A stretch of DNA of 63,272 bases, the filler included, from Rhabdomonas costata (lineage: Eukaryota), in the NCBI GenBank assembly GCA_019059605.1. It is 44 parts of 44 records of this genome, joined end to end, with 100 filler letters (N's around TTAATTAATTAA, not from the genome) between each part and the next. Parts side by side here need not be neighbours in the genome. Positions count along the whole stretch, not along the records: positions 47,536 to 48,875 come from JAHMHO010018877.1; positions 48,976 to 50,315 come from JAHMHO010018878.1; positions 50,416 to 51,755 come from JAHMHO010018879.1; positions 51,856 to 53,195 come from JAHMHO010018880.1; positions 53,296 to 54,635 come from JAHMHO010018881.1; positions 54,736 to 56,075 come from JAHMHO010018882.1; positions 56,176 to 57,515 come from JAHMHO010018883.1; positions 57,616 to 58,954 come from JAHMHO010018884.1; 36 more parts are not named here. One strand, given 5' to 3'. The notes under the pieces are model-generated. The model saw only the letters and a list, made by a program, of their open reading frames with translations. It made no database searches and had not been told where the DNA came from. This document shows positions 47,436-59,489 of this stretch, in pieces. Made by a program: the position numbers and the translations under genes. Position 1 is the first letter of the stretch, and each line of letters starts with the position of its first letter.

Positions 47436-50134
47436 NNNNNNNNNNNNNNNNNNNNNNNNNNNNNNNNNNNNNNNNNNNNTTAATTAATTAANNNNNNNNN
47501 NNNNNNNNNNNNNNNNNNNNNNNNNNNNNNNNNNNGTGTGTGTGTATGCTCTTCTAGCATTTGTTTTGAGCGTTGACCCCACGTATGGATTTGTTCTGCG
47601 TGGACGAAGTTTTTTCTCAGCTCCTTTTGAGGAGCACGTTTTGTCAACTTGCTATCGCAAGAAAGCCATCTTCCTGGAAAACATTTCTACCCATGTGTGC
47701 TATTATTGGCGTAAGACTCAATTGTGTGTTTCATTGTGTCACCATTGTCTTATGTTATTTTGTTTGTATGGGGTCTTGTGGTTTGCGATTCAGAACCTGC
47801 TCTTCCAGCGAACCGTTTCCGATCCCCGTGCGCAGCATTGTTTAGGCGTCATTGCGTTTTTTTGGGGTGGGGGGAGGGTCAGTCTTGCGCGGCAGTGTTA
47901 CGCCCGTGTCTGTGAACACGGCGCCATCTGCCGTCGAGTGTTCCTGATGGGGTTTGGTGCCACTCGTGTGCGCTTAAGTGCCCACGATACTTTTTCATGC
48001 TGGAGAACTTTCCTGTCTCGTCTCATTCTCTGCTGGTTGGAACTTCTCTTTTTCGTTGAGAAGTTGTCCTGTGGTAACGTCTCAGCTTTTGATGTGGTGT
48101 CCCGCACACCCTGTGGCGCTTGCTTTCGATTCTGTTTTCATTGGTTGATCAATGTATGTCCACTCCTTGTGTCCGTGTCCACTCCTGCACTCCACTGCTG
48201 CCTTCCTGTGCCCCAGCCAAGCCATTTTTGTTTCATGGTGGTGGTCTGCAGACAGCATGCAAGTTGACGGTTGTTGAGGAATGGCTCCACATTTAAATAT
48301 CATGCTGCTACCCGTTTCCGGGAAAAAAGCTTGGAGCCAGACAAGTGCGCAAAGCAGAATGGCGCAGTTTCAGACCCGTATACTGACGGTTACCAGTGGG
48401 ATCAAGCGAGAAGTGAGTTAACCTTCTGGATCCAGCGAGCGCTGGCTCGCCCAACCCTATACCTGTTTTTTTACGGATGCTATTACATTTCACTTCACCC
48501 TAAGTTAAACTGAAAATCGCCTTGTGGGTCCCTCCAAAAAAGTGTCAACAGGATCCAACCCACCCTTCTCTTACAATGTGGCTTTGTTTGACCTCTCCAT
48601 AGTTTCATCAGCCCACACAAATTGCGACATTACACATCTTTGCGACAAGCCACGCGCCATCAGGGGGACTCACGGGCTGAATGCAGCGGCCGGGAGACAG
48701 CCGCCATAACAGGGGAGCTTGGCAGACGGATAATTAACATCCTGACTATCAACGAGCGTAAGCGCCACACCACCCTGCCAAATATGGGCCGATGTATAGC
48801 TAACAAAAAAGTGCAGAAGGCAAGGGAACATCAATGTACCGTACTCCCATACACACACACACGCTTGGAATAGAANNNNNNNNNNNNNNNNNNNNNNNNN
48901 NNNNNNNNNNNNNNNNNNNTTAATTAATTAANNNNNNNNNNNNNNNNNNNNNNNNNNNNNNNNNNNNNNNNNNNNTGCACGTCATGGAAATCCGTCGTTA
49001 CAAAGGTGTGGTTGACCGCCATCACCAGAGCCGTAGACGAAGCCCTCCACGTCACCTTGTGTAGGTGTGTGAGAGCCACCAGGAAAGTGGAGGGCAATGC
49101 CAAAGAACACCAAAAAAGGAGGCCAAACGAAGGGAAGAGAGGAAGCAGAAGTGGAAAGGGACAGTGCGGGAGTAATGCTGACCTGGAGTGGGCTACCCAA
49201 CTCGTAGTAATTTCCTTCGGCCCAGAAGGACGTGATGGAGTCCCCAGCAGAAGTGACCTGCACACCACACCAGAGGCGCAGCTGTCCAGCAAACGAAGTG
49301 GACAACGAAATTTACAGCGCAGTGAAAGCTCTCTGTTCGCGAGAAAGGATTCCTCCGGGTGCCATAGAGGTGTTAAGTAACCCACCCCAGCGGCGCTATC
49401 ACCTCCTTCCAAAGACACAGCTCATCGCTGGTGTCACAGGGTGCCACATAGGGGGGTGAGGATGGCCCAGGCGCCGTCTTCTCCCCGCTGGGAACCGGAA
49501 GCTCAAAGGGCACGCAGCCATCCGAGACGTACGACGGGAGAGAGGTTTTCTGGGCCGGGCAGGCCGCGGTGTCGCCGAAGAAGTAACGAGCTTCGAACTG
49601 CAAATTGTGTGGGGGAGAAGACGGGCAAAGCAAAAGCGGCAGGGAATCCGGATGCCCTTGATGCAAAAATTCAGCTGTTGGCATAAAAGGGTGCCTATGT
49701 TCCTGCTCACATAATTTGCGCGTTCTGCCGCGGAAACAAGGACAGCTCGAAAGGGAGCACCAAGCAAACGCCTAAAATGACACCCACTGGAACGAAAGCA
49801 CGAGTTCTGACACAAATGTCCCGTCCAAGACACAGCAACACAGATTCATATGAAAATAGCAGAGAGGGGGGTGGGTGGAAGACAGTGGGGAAGAGTAGTA
49901 GCACGCGATCCGAGACAACGCGCAATGCAACAAGCACATAACCGTTGCACTGTGCTTCCCATCGAGCAACCACCATTCTGCAACGGACAAAAAGAACGGT
50001 TTGTCGAGGACAATAGAACTGGTTCTCCCGAAAGGATTCCAAGGCATCAAACGTTCCGAGCTACCCTCTTCCCTGCACACACCTCCGCGACAGTCCAAAA
50101 AATTCCCTCAAAACTCGAGCCCCCCGCCGCCGAC

Positions 50135-50268
50135 CTGGTTGAGAAGGGGGAGGTTCGTCAGGGGATGGATGGTCCCCAGGAAGGGGTTCACCACCAAAAC
50201 ATTGCAGCTGCTGGCGATCGGGGTGAACCGCAGCAGCAGGCTGCGGCCCACCACCACGGCCTCCTCCG
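50135..50268 (-). CDS. Partial exon of unknown protein, truncated by a fold-back
   Basis: EEAVVVGRSLLLRFTPIASSCNVLVVNPFLGTIHPLTNLPLLNQ|GTCGGC. Confidence 0.4.
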
Positions 50269-50679
50269 CAGCCGCAATGTTTTGGTGGTGAACCCCTTCC
50301 TGGGGACCACCCAACNNNNNNNNNNNNNNNNNNNNNNNNNNNNNNNNNNNNNNNNNNNNTTAATTAATTAANNNNNNNNNNNNNNNNNNNNNNNNNNNNN
50401 NNNNNNNNNNNNNNNAAGCCTCTAGCTTCTCCTCATCACCACACAAAGTTTCCAAGTCAAATAAAGAAAACATGGCTGCAGGATGAAGAAAACAACACCC
50501 CCTAACACGAGGTAAGTTGCCCGGGGGGGGGGGCTCCGCATGACGTCCTAACCCCACATGATAAAAATACTTGAATTCCTTGGCCGATCAAGTAGACCGC
50601 TGCCATATGTATATACAAACAGTGGCTTCATTTTTTCACCCCCTCCTTTTTCACCCCTCCCTATCTGTCTCGGCGTGTG

Positions 50680-51330
50680 GGCTAACCCACACAAAGAACT
50701 AATCATACCAACGCAGAATACACAATTGGGCTTCAGCGCACAATTGGTCACCAACTCACCCGTGCAGAGTGCAAAGTTCGACAACTGCTGTAACTAGTCC
50801 TTCAACTTACTGTTCTACTGGTAGTGTCGATTGTTCAACGAAGTTATTCGTCAGGACTACAAGCAATTCGGCGGTGGTACTCAAGCATCATCACTTCTCT
50901 TCACTGTTGGCAATACGGCATTCGAAGCGCGCAACTTCAAAACACCGAGATCTTTTGATATTTGTTATTGCGACACTGATTGCGACACTCCTTCAAGTTG
51001 GTTCAAAGTTGGTGTTCTTGGAATGTTCCCGTACACACTGATCTCTTCTGCAACAGACACGGCTGATAAACCGTTTGTTTCTAAAGTGAACGTGCCTGGC
51101 GTGATTGGCTTTGCACAACCAGCACGAACGGATGTTTTGGGGCTCGTTGATGGCGGTATCATCAAGCTCGTTCAGGACAATTCAATGACTCTTCCTGATT
51201 CAGCATGTGCTACGGCAATTTTCGATCCAAGTCTTGTTGGAGGCATCACTAGTTTGAGTGCGGCAAGTTCAAGTTATCGTGCAAAGACTAACGAGTATAA
51301 CAGAATTGTGTTCAACTCGGGCACAATAGG
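50680..51330 (+). pseudogene. Intronless, frameshifted coding segment with non-host codon usage (Cys-containing, surface-protein-like)
   Basis: VIRQDYKQFGGGTQASSLLFTVGNTAFEARNFKTPRSFDICYCDTDCDTPSSWFKVG...NRIVFNSGTIG with mostly T/A-ending codons. The upstream part reads in other frames. Confidence 0.5.
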
Positions 51331-51569
51331 TCTTAAAGAAGGCCTGTCATCACGAATATATTTGTGGAAACAGTACCCGACTCTAGCTTTTGCGATAGAG
51401 AGAGACGCCAATCGATCGCCAATCAAACGTATTCAGCGCGGACATGCACATGCTCCAGCCCAGGACAGCCAGCAGTGTCGTGTCCCGTGGCAGGGGCTTG
51501 AAATCGAATTCCGTTGGCAGAGGAGTCCCTCCCCTTCTATCGCCTCGCCCCCGCAGCGCTGCGCAAGAC

Positions 51570-51685
51570 CTCGGGAGTAAGTCCGCGGAACCATCACGTC
51601 CACCAGTGCGTCAATCATCTCTACCTCCAAGTGCTCGAACAGCGGCCTCGCCCTCAGGCCTTGGGTCAGAAGACGGCGCTGGGCC
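51570..51685 (-). CDS. Cyclic-nucleotide-binding (PKA-R/PKG-like) domain protein exon
   Basis: AQRRLLTQGLRARPLFEHLEVEMIDALVDVMVPRTYSRG is the LF..L.......VD.M....Y..G start of a CNB domain. AG/GT bounded. Confidence 0.7.
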
Positions 51686-54600
51686 CTTTGGGAGCACAGA
51701 AACACCTCAAGTGACAGCCCTTCCCCCCAGTACAAAAGATCTGCCCCAAAAACCCNNNNNNNNNNNNNNNNNNNNNNNNNNNNNNNNNNNNNNNNNNNNT
51801 TAATTAATTAANNNNNNNNNNNNNNNNNNNNNNNNNNNNNNNNNNNNNNNNNNNNGTGGTGGGTGTGTGTGGGTGGGGGGGGTTGGGCGGGATGGTGGTC
51901 ATGACCCTGCACCCCTCGGGCTTCTTTCTTTCTTCTTTCTTTTGCTGTGCTTTCAGCACAGCTTTGGAGGCTCACTTTCTCACACCCTTCTTCATCTTCA
52001 GTATTTCTTTAACATCGGTGCCAGCGCTTCGCTCTGCCCTCAGAGCCTCCATGCTGTCATGGACGGTGGTTGTTCCTTCCTAACCATTGACGTACCCCGG
52101 ATGTGAGGTAACCCTATATATCTAATGTCCCGCAAAGTACGACTTGGGTACGTTTAAGTAGGGTTTCTTTCTGGGTTTCCGGGCCCAAGCAAGCAAAAAC
52201 ATCTCCAGTCCTTTTTCGCTATTCTTTCGTCGCTTTGAAGTCTGAAAAGGTAATTCGCAGCTTTCCCTGGTGACTTGTTGAACTGACGTGGACGTGTAAA
52301 TGGGGTGTGCACCTATGTGTTTTGCATGCGTGCATCCTTATTTTGTCTATGTCATTGATAGTTTCGTTTGAAACGAATAGCATTCTTGCTAGCATTGCAT
52401 GCTCTGAGGTGCAGTGGCAGACTGTTGCGCCTGGCCTCTTTCTGCTTTACCACTACTGGTTGTGTGCCCTGTCCCGTTCCCTGCCTCTCACCCACCTGCG
52501 CAGGTACAGACACGGAATCCACAAATGGCTCGTGTTTTTTTTCTTGCTAGAGACTGAGAAGTGGAGGAACACAACCTACTCCCTCGGTTTTTCATTCACT
52601 CGCCCAAGTGTGGGGCCAATCCATTGTGCCGCTCATGAGTGACTCACGTCTTTCAAGCTATTTTTTGCTGTGGCGGCGGGGTGGTCGAACCTCGCAAGAC
52701 CCTACGTCGGGTTAAGGTGGGGTTTTCCGAGGATTTTCAAAATGTGCGTCGAAAATGTGGTGACGATTGGCCTGATTATTGTGTGTGTGGTGGGTAAATT
52801 ATGACCTCAGCACTGTCAACCAGTTTCTGGCTTGGCCAACGACCTAAACGACAACCCCTTATAAAAGAATTTTTGGGGAATGGGAATTTTTTGACCGATT
52901 AACGCCAGTTAAGGTTAGGTTTTTAATTGGGTTTTAGGGTGGGGGGCTTTACACTTTCACGTTATCAAAACTGCTGCTGCGTTCAGATTGTCCAGGGTCC
53001 GGGCAAAATGCAATGCAATAATTTACACTGACAACGAAGGGAAAACAATTGGTGGAGAACTGTTTTGAGTAGTGCTTAGTCACACAGAACAAGACACAAG
53101 TGATGTTGCAGTGGCTGGGATTCAGCACCAAACAAACAATTTATTTAAAAAGAAACCCGAGAGAGATCAAAGGGGAATAAAAGACACAAAAACCCNNNNN
53201 NNNNNNNNNNNNNNNNNNNNNNNNNNNNNNNNNNNNNNNTTAATTAATTAANNNNNNNNNNNNNNNNNNNNNNNNNNNNNNNNNNNNNNNNNNNNTGTGT
53301 TGGTGAATTACGCAGCTGCTTTTTGCGGTTTGTCTGTCCAGGCCTGTTTTCTCTGGCGGAGAGCTGCACGGATCTTCCCCTCGTCTGCAACGAGCTCTGC
53401 TGCCGCTGCTTCGGCAGTATGGTGTACAGCTGGTACTCAGCGGAGACGATCACATTTTGGAGGTAACCAAGACGGGGTAAATTTGAGAGAAGACAGCAAT
53501 CAAACCGCTTTCTGAAGAGCCTGATCCTCAGGGCCTCTAGGTTTTCAGTTTTTTTTTTCAAAGTTGACAACGGCATGGATTATCTTGAAAAGGGTGAAGG
53601 TAAAAGATCCATGTCTTGCGGAGTATAATGGTTCTAATTTGCTGTTCGGTGTAGGTTTGGGGAGTTTTTGGCGCTTTGACGTTCCGCACTGCCGTCTTCT
53701 TACTATTGTGCACAGGTTTTGCAGCACTTAGGAATTACCTTCGTTGTCTCCGGCGGAGGCTCGTGGCTACATCGGCACAAAAACGTGCCGGAAACCGTTT
53801 TCGCTGCCGCGTCCAATGGGTTCACAGCCCATCATGTCAACCGGACGCATATGAAAATTCACGTCATCAGTGGTGCTGGCCAGATACTTTTTTCCACGGA
53901 AGTACCGCGAACTCCAACGTGAGACATTGTCTCTTTCTGCCCTGTTGACCTGAAGCAACCAACGTGATATCCCTGTTCATATGTGCTGACGAGCATGAAA
54001 TTTTTTTCATGAAATCATAGGCAAATAGTTTTTTTTGCTTTTTTTTTCGCAAAATGCTTGAGCAAAGCAAATTTACCTTCCAGCGCCTTGTCAGGTCTGC
54101 ATTCTTTCCAAAAAAAAAATTATTGTCTTTTTTCGTTTTGTTGTGTCTTCTTTAATAAAGATGATTCTTTCGTGCTCGCATTTGTTTTGGGGACACCGTG
54201 GGGCATTAAGTGCAATGCTTTTTTAAGCCCATTTGTGCTCGTCGATGTTGAATAACGTGCCGAATTCAAACCTGTTTCGAAATCTACTGCCTTGCTCTGA
54301 TGTGCTGCATGTCTCCTTGTCTGTTGCAGGTCTTTCGATTTTGCGATAAATCTTGCTGTTTCTATTGTAAAATATTGTAAAGATGCCCCTGCCAACCTGG
54401 CCTCTCGTCGCGCTTTAAACATCACTGTAGAAACGCACCCGTGAAAAAAGATGGCTGCCGTTTTTGGCTCTCGGACATTCCCTGGGCAAAAAGCAGCTGG
54501 ACCTCGTTTTTTCACTTCGCCCGATCGCTCTGCTGGACGCAGCGAAAGCAGCTCGAGCAGTAGCAGCGGTGGGAGTGGATCTTCCACCCCATCGCCCAAC

Positions 54601-56559
54601 CCTCACCATCACCGCCGGGGGATTCACAAAACAAANNNNNNNNNNNNNNNNNNNNNNNNNNNNNNNNNNNNNNNNNNNNTTAATTAATTAANNNNNNNNN
54701 NNNNNNNNNNNNNNNNNNNNNNNNNNNNNNNNNNNTGTGTGTGGTTGTCGGGGTTCTGGGTTTCGGTTTTCTTGTGGCCGATCCTTGATTCAATGCTTTG
54801 GTGGCGTGGATCGCATTCACCCGACTTCGATCAGAAGAGGTCTGAGTACCTTCAGCACTTTTTGCCCCACCAACCACCAAGTCCACCAGACCGTTGTCCA
54901 CATGGCTGCCTTTGGAAGTTCTTCGTCTTCTTCTTGAGGTTTTGTGTCATTTACTATGTCTCCGCTTGCTCGAGTTTCCTCCCAGACGGTCATGTGTTTC
55001 CGTTGGTTAATTGACATTCATCGCCCCGTCCCCGTTCCCCCGTTTTTTGTTTCCATTGTCCATTCTGGATCCCCTCTCCCGTATTTCCCGGCGCAGAGAG
55101 GAGCGGGTGAGTGCATGTGTGCATGTACGTATTCCAAGGTCTCCTGTATTTTTGGGTTGCACCTCAGACGTGACCAGGCATCTTCACGATTTGTGGAGGG
55201 TGTTAGTGTCGGTAAGGGGTCAGGTGATTGGAATGCGGCTGTTCACACACGAAAATAGATTTCTTCCAAAGAGTCCCTGAGGTTCTCCCGTTGAAACCTG
55301 TGGATACTGCTGGTGCGTGGTGGCGTCTTCCATTGTCTGGGTCTCTCTTTTTATCCTCTTCATCCTCTCATTCATTCTCCCTTGTTTTGTTTTGCTCAGC
55401 TCTTCATTCTGTAACTGCTTTTTCCATGGTGAACCCGGAAAAGCAGAGAAAAAAAGGAAGCTTCCCCGCGTTGCGAAATGCCATGCTGACGCAGAAAACA
55501 CTGCATCATTATATCTCTTCGCGCTGGTCAACAGTGAATTTGTGCTGTTGATTTGCTGGGTTTCTGTGCGGAAAGGTTGGTAGGGGGCCGTGAGAGAAGC
55601 CGACAGGGCCCGACTAGCTTATGTGAGGGTGGGACGGTGTGGTGCCACCGCCTTTGTCAAGTGATTCGGGAAATTCGTTGGTTTGGTAGAGTTCCTCGTC
55701 GACGTTAGGGGGCAACTACCTTAAGTCTAACATTCTGCCTAACTATTCTGCCCTCATCACTCGCACCGTGCCCATTCCCAGTGGCAACCCAGTCCCAGAG
55801 CCACCATTTATCAGAGATATAGCAAGGTACCCCATACGCGGAACCACTTAAAGCACCATAGCCCCTCTATGTGTCGGACCCGCTTCCCCCACCACACGCA
55901 CCGTGGGGGCCAGGGTGATCAACGGTGCCCGTGTGCGGCTGGGCAAGCTGGGCTAGATAAGGCCATTTGATGGACCCCCCACCCCTGGGCGCCGTGGCAG
56001 GGGGCTGTATAGGTCCAGATCGAATAGGCTATCCATCGGCATATTATATAGGGACATGGGATTGCACAACACACCNNNNNNNNNNNNNNNNNNNNNNNNN
56101 NNNNNNNNNNNNNNNNNNNTTAATTAATTAANNNNNNNNNNNNNNNNNNNNNNNNNNNNNNNNNNNNNNNNNNNNGGGTGTGGGTGGGTGGTGCAATGCG
56201 GTAGTGGCCTTCCTGTTTTTTCCTATTTCGCGTCTTTTTCTGCCAGCGGGGGAATGGGATCGAAGGGAATTTCGGCATTTTGATGCTTTAGCTTTCTAAT
56301 TAGCTGTGGGGGGGTGCTTGTAGAAATCACCTTTCAAAAACTTAAAGGTTTGGGTGTTTTTTCTTTTAGCAGCACCCTTCGCATAAGTCCTCCAAGGCAG
56401 TGTGCCGTTCACCCGCACCACTCGCCACGCCGACTTGGAGGTTAAAAGTTCTTCGGTTCCACGATCCGTTCCCCATTGGTGGTGTTGTGGTCTGTTTTAC
56501 ACCGAGGCGCCGTCTGAACAGAGGCCTGTGGCTGGCTGGTGCTTCTGGCGTGTATCTCA

Positions 56560-57180
56560 AACGTTGGCTCGAACTGTAGGTCCTTGTGCGCTGCGCTGAA
56601 AGTCCTCCGCTTCTCCTTGTTCCATCCAAGAAATAATGAGACAAGAGATTTTGCGGGAACACTCCCAACCGCGCTGCTCTCTAATAAGCGAGGGTTTTGG
56701 GGAAATAGTAGACATAGCGTCTGGAAAGACAACCTTCAACAACGTCTGGTGCATGTTAGCCTTATTCAGCAACTGCTGTTCATTGACTCCGCCTGAACCA
56801 ACAACTATAACAGCGCTATCAGCTCAACTTCTGTTGATATAAACAACTCTGCCTTGATCTACTAATCTCTGCGCTCTACTCATCTACTTGTTCTTCTGGA
56901 ATTCCATTACCCTGGAAGGATGTGTGTGGGTCTTCAAACCCTGCAACCATATGAAACGCCTCTCAACCTTGTACTTGGTCTGTAGAGAAATATGGTACTT
57001 GTCGGAGGTCTAGCTTTCCAAGATGTCCGCTGGAACCAACGCAGAACCTCCCAATACTCTGAAATATTAGTTACGGTCAACGCTCCATCTGTAAGTGGTC
57101 TGCTGTCCCCCTCCTGCACCAATGTGTCTGAATTTGAACCAAGCTAATTTCCTGGACTTGGCTTGTGTAAATAGAAGAGC
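56560..57180 (-). pseudogene. Decayed coding relic, possibly retroelement ORF1-like
   Basis: About 200 codons in one frame with four stops: ...KYKVERRFIWLQGLKTHTHPSRVMEF...DSAVIVVGSGGVNEQQLLNK.... Confidence 0.3.
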
Positions 57181-58824
57181 TGAAGGAATTTTGCATGATT
57201 CTAGATTAAGTCGCAATTATTTACGCCACACGAGCCTTGTGTGCACAGGACGTTATGATGGATGCTAAAGAGTTTGATTAGCGATGTGATTTCACCGCTG
57301 GAACTGGACTAGTTTATAATTACGGCATGCATTTAGAATCCCACAATGGCAAGTTCTGGTTCATCGCAGGCACAATGCAAAGCCCTAGACCCCGAGACAC
57401 TGCCTGCAATCCATCTGGACCTCCACGACAACCGCTTTACGTGGCACACAAGGCCATCGTGCTTATCCTTCAGAATATCGATGACGCTGCTGGAGATGAA
57501 TAAGATCCGGAAGTCNNNNNNNNNNNNNNNNNNNNNNNNNNNNNNNNNNNNNNNNNNNNTTAATTAATTAANNNNNNNNNNNNNNNNNNNNNNNNNNNNN
57601 NNNNNNNNNNNNNNNGGTGTGTGGGTGGTCGGTAATGTAAACACTCAATGGTGAAGAAGAAGAAACCCCATTCCATACAAAAATACCTTCTCTCTCTTCC
57701 TAGGAGAGAGAAGGTATTTTTGTATGGAATGGGGTTTCTTCTTCTTCACCATTGAGTGTTTACATTACCGACCACCCACAGGCGACGTGCACAAGGCATT
57801 GCTGTGGTTGATCTCCTGGTGCCTGTTCACCCACATACACTCTTCCCTCCTCCGTCGCTTTTATCGCTGTATTTTCTGTCCAATGTGTACTGCGGTTTGA
57901 TTTTCGCAGCAATTGTGATTCTCGCAGCAACCCATAAAGATTGCTGCATCGCGCTGGACGCGCCGTACTGCGGCGGAGGCTGGTTTTGCCTTCCTTCGCC
58001 AATACTTCTCAGTCACTTTCTCCTTGGCCTGTTTTCCGATCGTGGTAGAGATGTAGGGTTCCTACAACATAGTCACCCACTCATACAGACCAAAGTATTT
58101 TTTAGTACCTCTTGTATGGTTCTTTGCAAACCAACGAGTTTCAAACACCCCGTCGTGGTCGCAATTCGGGTGCTGGGCTCGACAAAGCAACCCTTCAGGC
58201 ACACCCTTTACCACCTCACCTGCCATTGGCCAGTGCGGCTGGTGGACACCGCTTTCCCTTCACTCATCCAGCGTCCCTTTTATTTTGTGACCAGAGACCC
58301 TTTTTTCCACACCACTTCCTTTTCTTTTTCGGTGACACCGCCTGTTGGTGGTGTGCTGGCCTCTCTCTCTCTCAAATTTCTCTGGCTCTTTCCCTCGGAG
58401 TGGGTACAGAGAATTTTGGTGCTACTTTAATAATGGGTCACGACCAGTTGGCTTGAATCTCCGTGATCTCACTGGGAGAAGTAAGCACGCCGTAAGCCTC
58501 CCCCCCCCCACCCCCGAAGAAAGGGAATGGGGAATGGGGAATGGGGAATGGGCCTTATGACTGAGTAAATGACCGAGAGGTTCTGGCCGGACCAACGCAT
58601 ACTCGCATACTCACACCAGCGAGCAGTTGACCACAAAAACGAGCTCTTTGTTTTGCGGTGCACATCGCTTATGGCTGTGCGGAAGTGTGGAAGGAAATCT
58701 CCCTCCGAAATGGGCCTTTTTCTGGTTGCCTCAATCTTCGGTAGGTCGACACAGCCTTTGAAAACTGTTCTATCCGCGGAGTGCACTCTTCTGATATCTC
58801 CACATCCGCCCTTTTCTGCTGCAG

Positions 58825-58954
58825 AGAACGTGTGCAGCTTCGGGACGGTGCCCGCGGGGTACGTGATTGACTGGGGCGCTTGCAGCAGCAGCACGTACAG
58901 CGTCACCAGCTTTGCGGAGTGCGGCGGCCGGGTGACCTGCGCGCCGGGCTACGG
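58825..58954 (+). CDS. Cys-rich extracellular protein exon (partial)
   Basis: Pyrimidine tract + CAG, then ENVCSFGTVPAGYVIDWGACSSSTYSVTSFAECGGRVTCAPGY; GC3-rich. Confidence 0.6.
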
Positions 58955-59333
58955 NNNNNNNNNNNNNNNNNNNNNNNNNNNNNNNNNNNNNNNNNNNNTT
59001 AATTAATTAANNNNNNNNNNNNNNNNNNNNNNNNNNNNNNNNNNNNNNNNNNNNCCCCAAATATACACAAACACACACACTGCCCCAGTTGCCTGAACTA
59101 AAATCCTCCTGCACCTGTAGAGCAGACACAATTAAAAGACAGACACGATACACGGGAAAATAGGGACTGTGAGGCACACTGCGAGGCAGCCTCTTGACGT
59201 CCTGCGGGTGCTTGTCCTAGTTGCTAAAACGTTCGAAAAAAAACAAATATTTTCTTGACGTGAGTCCGCAACGTGGCTTGCATTTTTTTTTCATTTTTTT
59301 CATTTTGTTGTATGGTATGTTGTATGGTATAAG

Positions 59334-59489
59334 GTTTGCCGAGTTTGGGCGCTGTACCGCGCCGCGTTTGTGCGGTGGCGGCTGCTCATTGTCGGGGGGA
59401 AGCTGGCGAAGGGCCGCGCGGCGCAGGCCGAGGAGCTGCGTTGCGCCCAAGAGCGCGTTCGGCCTGCGATGGAGGCGCTTCGAGAGAAG
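59334..59489 (+). CDS. Putative internal exon, helical/coiled-coil protein
   Basis: 156-nt phase-0 segment VCRVWALYRAAFVRWRLLIVGGKLAKGRAAQAEELRCAQERVRPAMEALREK|GTATGT. Confidence 0.45.

Noticed and set aside
49230-49460. EIYSAVKAL...IPPG resembling RT domain 0
   Set aside because: No downstream RT motifs recoverable; too weak to call.
50170-50309. Inverted repeat at contig end
   Set aside because: Fold-back duplicating part of an exon; artefact.
57620-57780. Perfect ~78-bp-arm palindrome
   Set aside because: Start-anchored fold-back artefact.
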